Source: Candidatus Nomurabacteria bacterium (GTDB lineage: Bacteria; Patescibacteriota; Saccharimonadia; JAGOAT01). Taken from it: DNA of 64,000 nucleotides. Under the pieces are notes generated by a model. That model had not been told where the DNA came from, searched no databases, and saw only the letters and a list, made by a program, of their open reading frames with translations. The position numbers and the translations under genes are program-made. Below are positions 62,801-64,000 of the stretch, one piece after another; position 1 is the first letter of the stretch, and each line of letters starts with the position of its first letter. The stretch covers positions 82,511 through 146,510 of the forward strand of contig JACKGM010000001.1 of assembly GCA_020639315.1 (NCBI GenBank), in the 5' to 3' direction.

Positions 62801-64000
62801 ACTCTTAGAGAAATAGGCTTTGCAATTGGTACAGGAATAGCTATTGCCGACTGGATCTGTGCCATTGAGATAGAGGTAGTCTAAGACTGTCTTGTCAGGG
62901 ACTTTGTCTACTACCCAAGTCTGAGTAGTAGGGTTGATACCGATGTTTTGGAAATGGAGAGCATAGTGGATATTGTCTCCAGTGGGGATTAGGGATTCAG
63001 TGACTTCTTTGTAGGTGATGAGACTGGCAACACCGGGGTAGATTTGGGTTCGAATTGTATCAGTCGAGCCTACCACTGGACAGTTGGCATTGTCTTGATA
63101 AGTAGTGGTCGGAGTAATATCAATGTTTTTGTATGGCAATGTCCCAGCTGACACTAGGTACTTGATAGTAATAGTCTCAGAACTACCAGCAGGTAGATTG
63201 CCTAGGTTGATAGTCATCTGATAGGGTGAGCTATAGATCTTGCTTAGGTCGACTGAGCCGGTAGTAGTATCGACATTGACTAGCTTGAGATAGGTATTGG
63301 CTCCTCCGACATTGATTACTGGAGTCGGTATGGTGACTACGGTATTTAAGGCAGTTTCAAATAGGGTTGAGAGCTTGATCGTGTATTCAATTTCTCCAGG
63401 AGGAGTCACGCCAACTGGACCACTAATATCCGTAATCACCCTCGGTGTGACTGGACTAATCAGAGCTGGATCAGACTGGATATTTTGGAGTGGGGTAGCA
63501 AGGTCGCTGGGCAATTGAGGTGCGGTCAATGGATCAGAGAAAGGTAGCTCACTGCCACCTTCATAAGCATAAAAGAGAGCTTGATTGCTAAGAGTACGAA
63601 TACTACAGGTCGTATCTTGCATCGCCTTGACTGTTATCTTGGCAGTGGTAGAAGTAGGCTGATTGGCACATCTGCCACTAGTAGGAGCGTCAAATAAGTT
63701 GCTATTGAGACAATCTACCCGAAATGCCACCCAGGTCACATCACTAGGATCAGCGGGTGGGTTCAGTAAATAATCAATCCAGCCAGTCATTACTCCAGTC
63801 AGGGGATCGTATCCTGGGGGATCTGTCATACTTCTATCTACTTCGTCTGTACGATACCAAATACTACCATTGACTCCGTTGGGTAAGCTAGCATTGACGA
63901 AATCGGTACTGTGGGGTTGGTTGTTTACCGTATCTCCATCGGCTAAACTCTTCGGTATCTTGTCAATCGTGACAAGATCACCCAAGGTAGTAGTCCCACT
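50846..64000 (-). CDS. Giant cell-surface protein (more than 4379 aa; N-terminus outside the window) with DUF11, FG-GAP, SdrD-B/Cna-B-like and beta-propeller-like repeats and an LPXTG-type anchor
   Basis: A single ORF that is still open at nt 64000. Many DUF11-type modules (for example DLAISKQV...[27 protein letters not shown]). Six FG-GAP repeats, four SdrD-B-like modules, a PT/PE linker, and a C-terminal LPNTG + hydrophobic + RRQRRVE signal. Confidence 0.9.
   Translation of the reverse strand, partial: [4384 protein letters not shown]
50849..50953 (-). other. Sortase sorting signal (LPNTG, TM helix, basic tail)
   Basis: Codons 50953-50939 read LPNTG, followed by [23 protein letters not shown] and RRQRRVE*. 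Confidence 0.85.
52318..52470 (-). repeat. Intragenic ~150-bp exact duplicate, copy 1
   Basis: Encodes [50 protein letters not shown]. The same DNA string occurs at 53280-53433. Confidence 0.8.
53280..53433 (-). repeat. Intragenic ~150-bp exact duplicate, copy 2
   Basis: See 52318-52470. Confidence 0.8.
55880..57640 (-). other. Four SdrD-B / Cna-B-like modules within the giant protein
   Basis: [30 protein letters not shown]..., [30 protein letters not shown]..., [13 protein letters not shown]...[10 protein letters not shown]..., and [12 protein letters not shown]...GIEGVDVFL...[15 protein letters not shown]. Confidence 0.7.
59020..59995 (-). repeat. Six tandem 162-bp (54-aa) FG-GAP repeats with high DNA identity
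   Basis: The CCAGTCGTAGAGGTAGGCGG phase marker lies at 59204, 59366, 59528, 59690 and 59852 (exact 162-nt spacing). Peptide unit: DG..[42 protein letters not shown]. Confidence 0.9.

Noticed and set aside
50846-64000. A diversity-generating retroelement or phase-variation switch acting on the giant adhesin.
   Set aside because: No reverse transcriptase, template repeat with adenine-specific mismatches, invertase or invertible promoter was found in the window. The internal repeats are identical or diverge at all base types.

Overview
The window is 64 kb, gene-dense and mostly transcribed on the minus strand. Gene content and style suggest a small-genome, Gram-positive-type bacterium, possibly Patescibacteria/CPR-like. 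That placement is an inference and is untested; it rests on short housekeeping genes, a 200-aa M50 protease, an RpfB-like wall enzyme, and an LPXTG-type giant surface protein.

Recognisable genes:
- Envelope, redox and transport: ccdA with a thioredoxin-like gene, uppP, corA, mscL, a VIT1-family transporter.
- Small hydrolases and a chaperone: HIT, NUDIX, a membrane-anchored Hsp100/Clp ATPase, cutA, a DUF2779 protein.
- Signalling: an OmpR/HK two-component pair, and three tandem polytopic sensor kinases.
- Core metabolism and information processing: rsmA, rpmB, pgk, galU, lysS, thrS, dinB, tRNA-Pro(GGG), tRNA-Lys(UUU).
- Toxin-antitoxin: mazEF (intact) and a decayed phd/vapC pair.
- A surface protein of more than 4379 aa, truncated by the window edge.

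The most unusual content is non-genic or unassigned:
1. Almost every intergenic region is filled with a modular ~45-nt hairpin cassette, about 45 full units plus about 15 half units. Its stems show compensatory substitutions and a strand-specific T:G wobble. Units are often arranged as REPIN-like doublets and 28-nt-period half-unit arrays.
2. At least three TIR-bounded MITE-like families are nested in each other. One inverted composite pair brackets a 5-kb six-gene block. No transposase lies in the window.
3. A 1408-bp direct repeat, apparently identical by eye, gives two sensor kinases identical GAF+kinase modules behind different membrane sensors.
4. Directly upstream of the kinases lies a GNAT/LuxI-fold-like acyltransferase, an AdoMetDC-like protein and an orphan FtsX-like permease. 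I speculate this is a signal synthesis/export/sensing locus.
5. Three adjacent paralogous, very acidic proteins (227, 772 and 752 aa) are built from a recurring GF-x-x-G-hydrophobic module that I cannot assign to any family.
6. There are two G+C-rich structured-RNA candidates.
7. A -10 box recurs exactly 6 nt upstream of the ATG, implying leaderless mRNAs.

All calls come from reading the sequence and ORF translations by eye. No database or folding computation was run. Repeat coordinates are good to a few nt.
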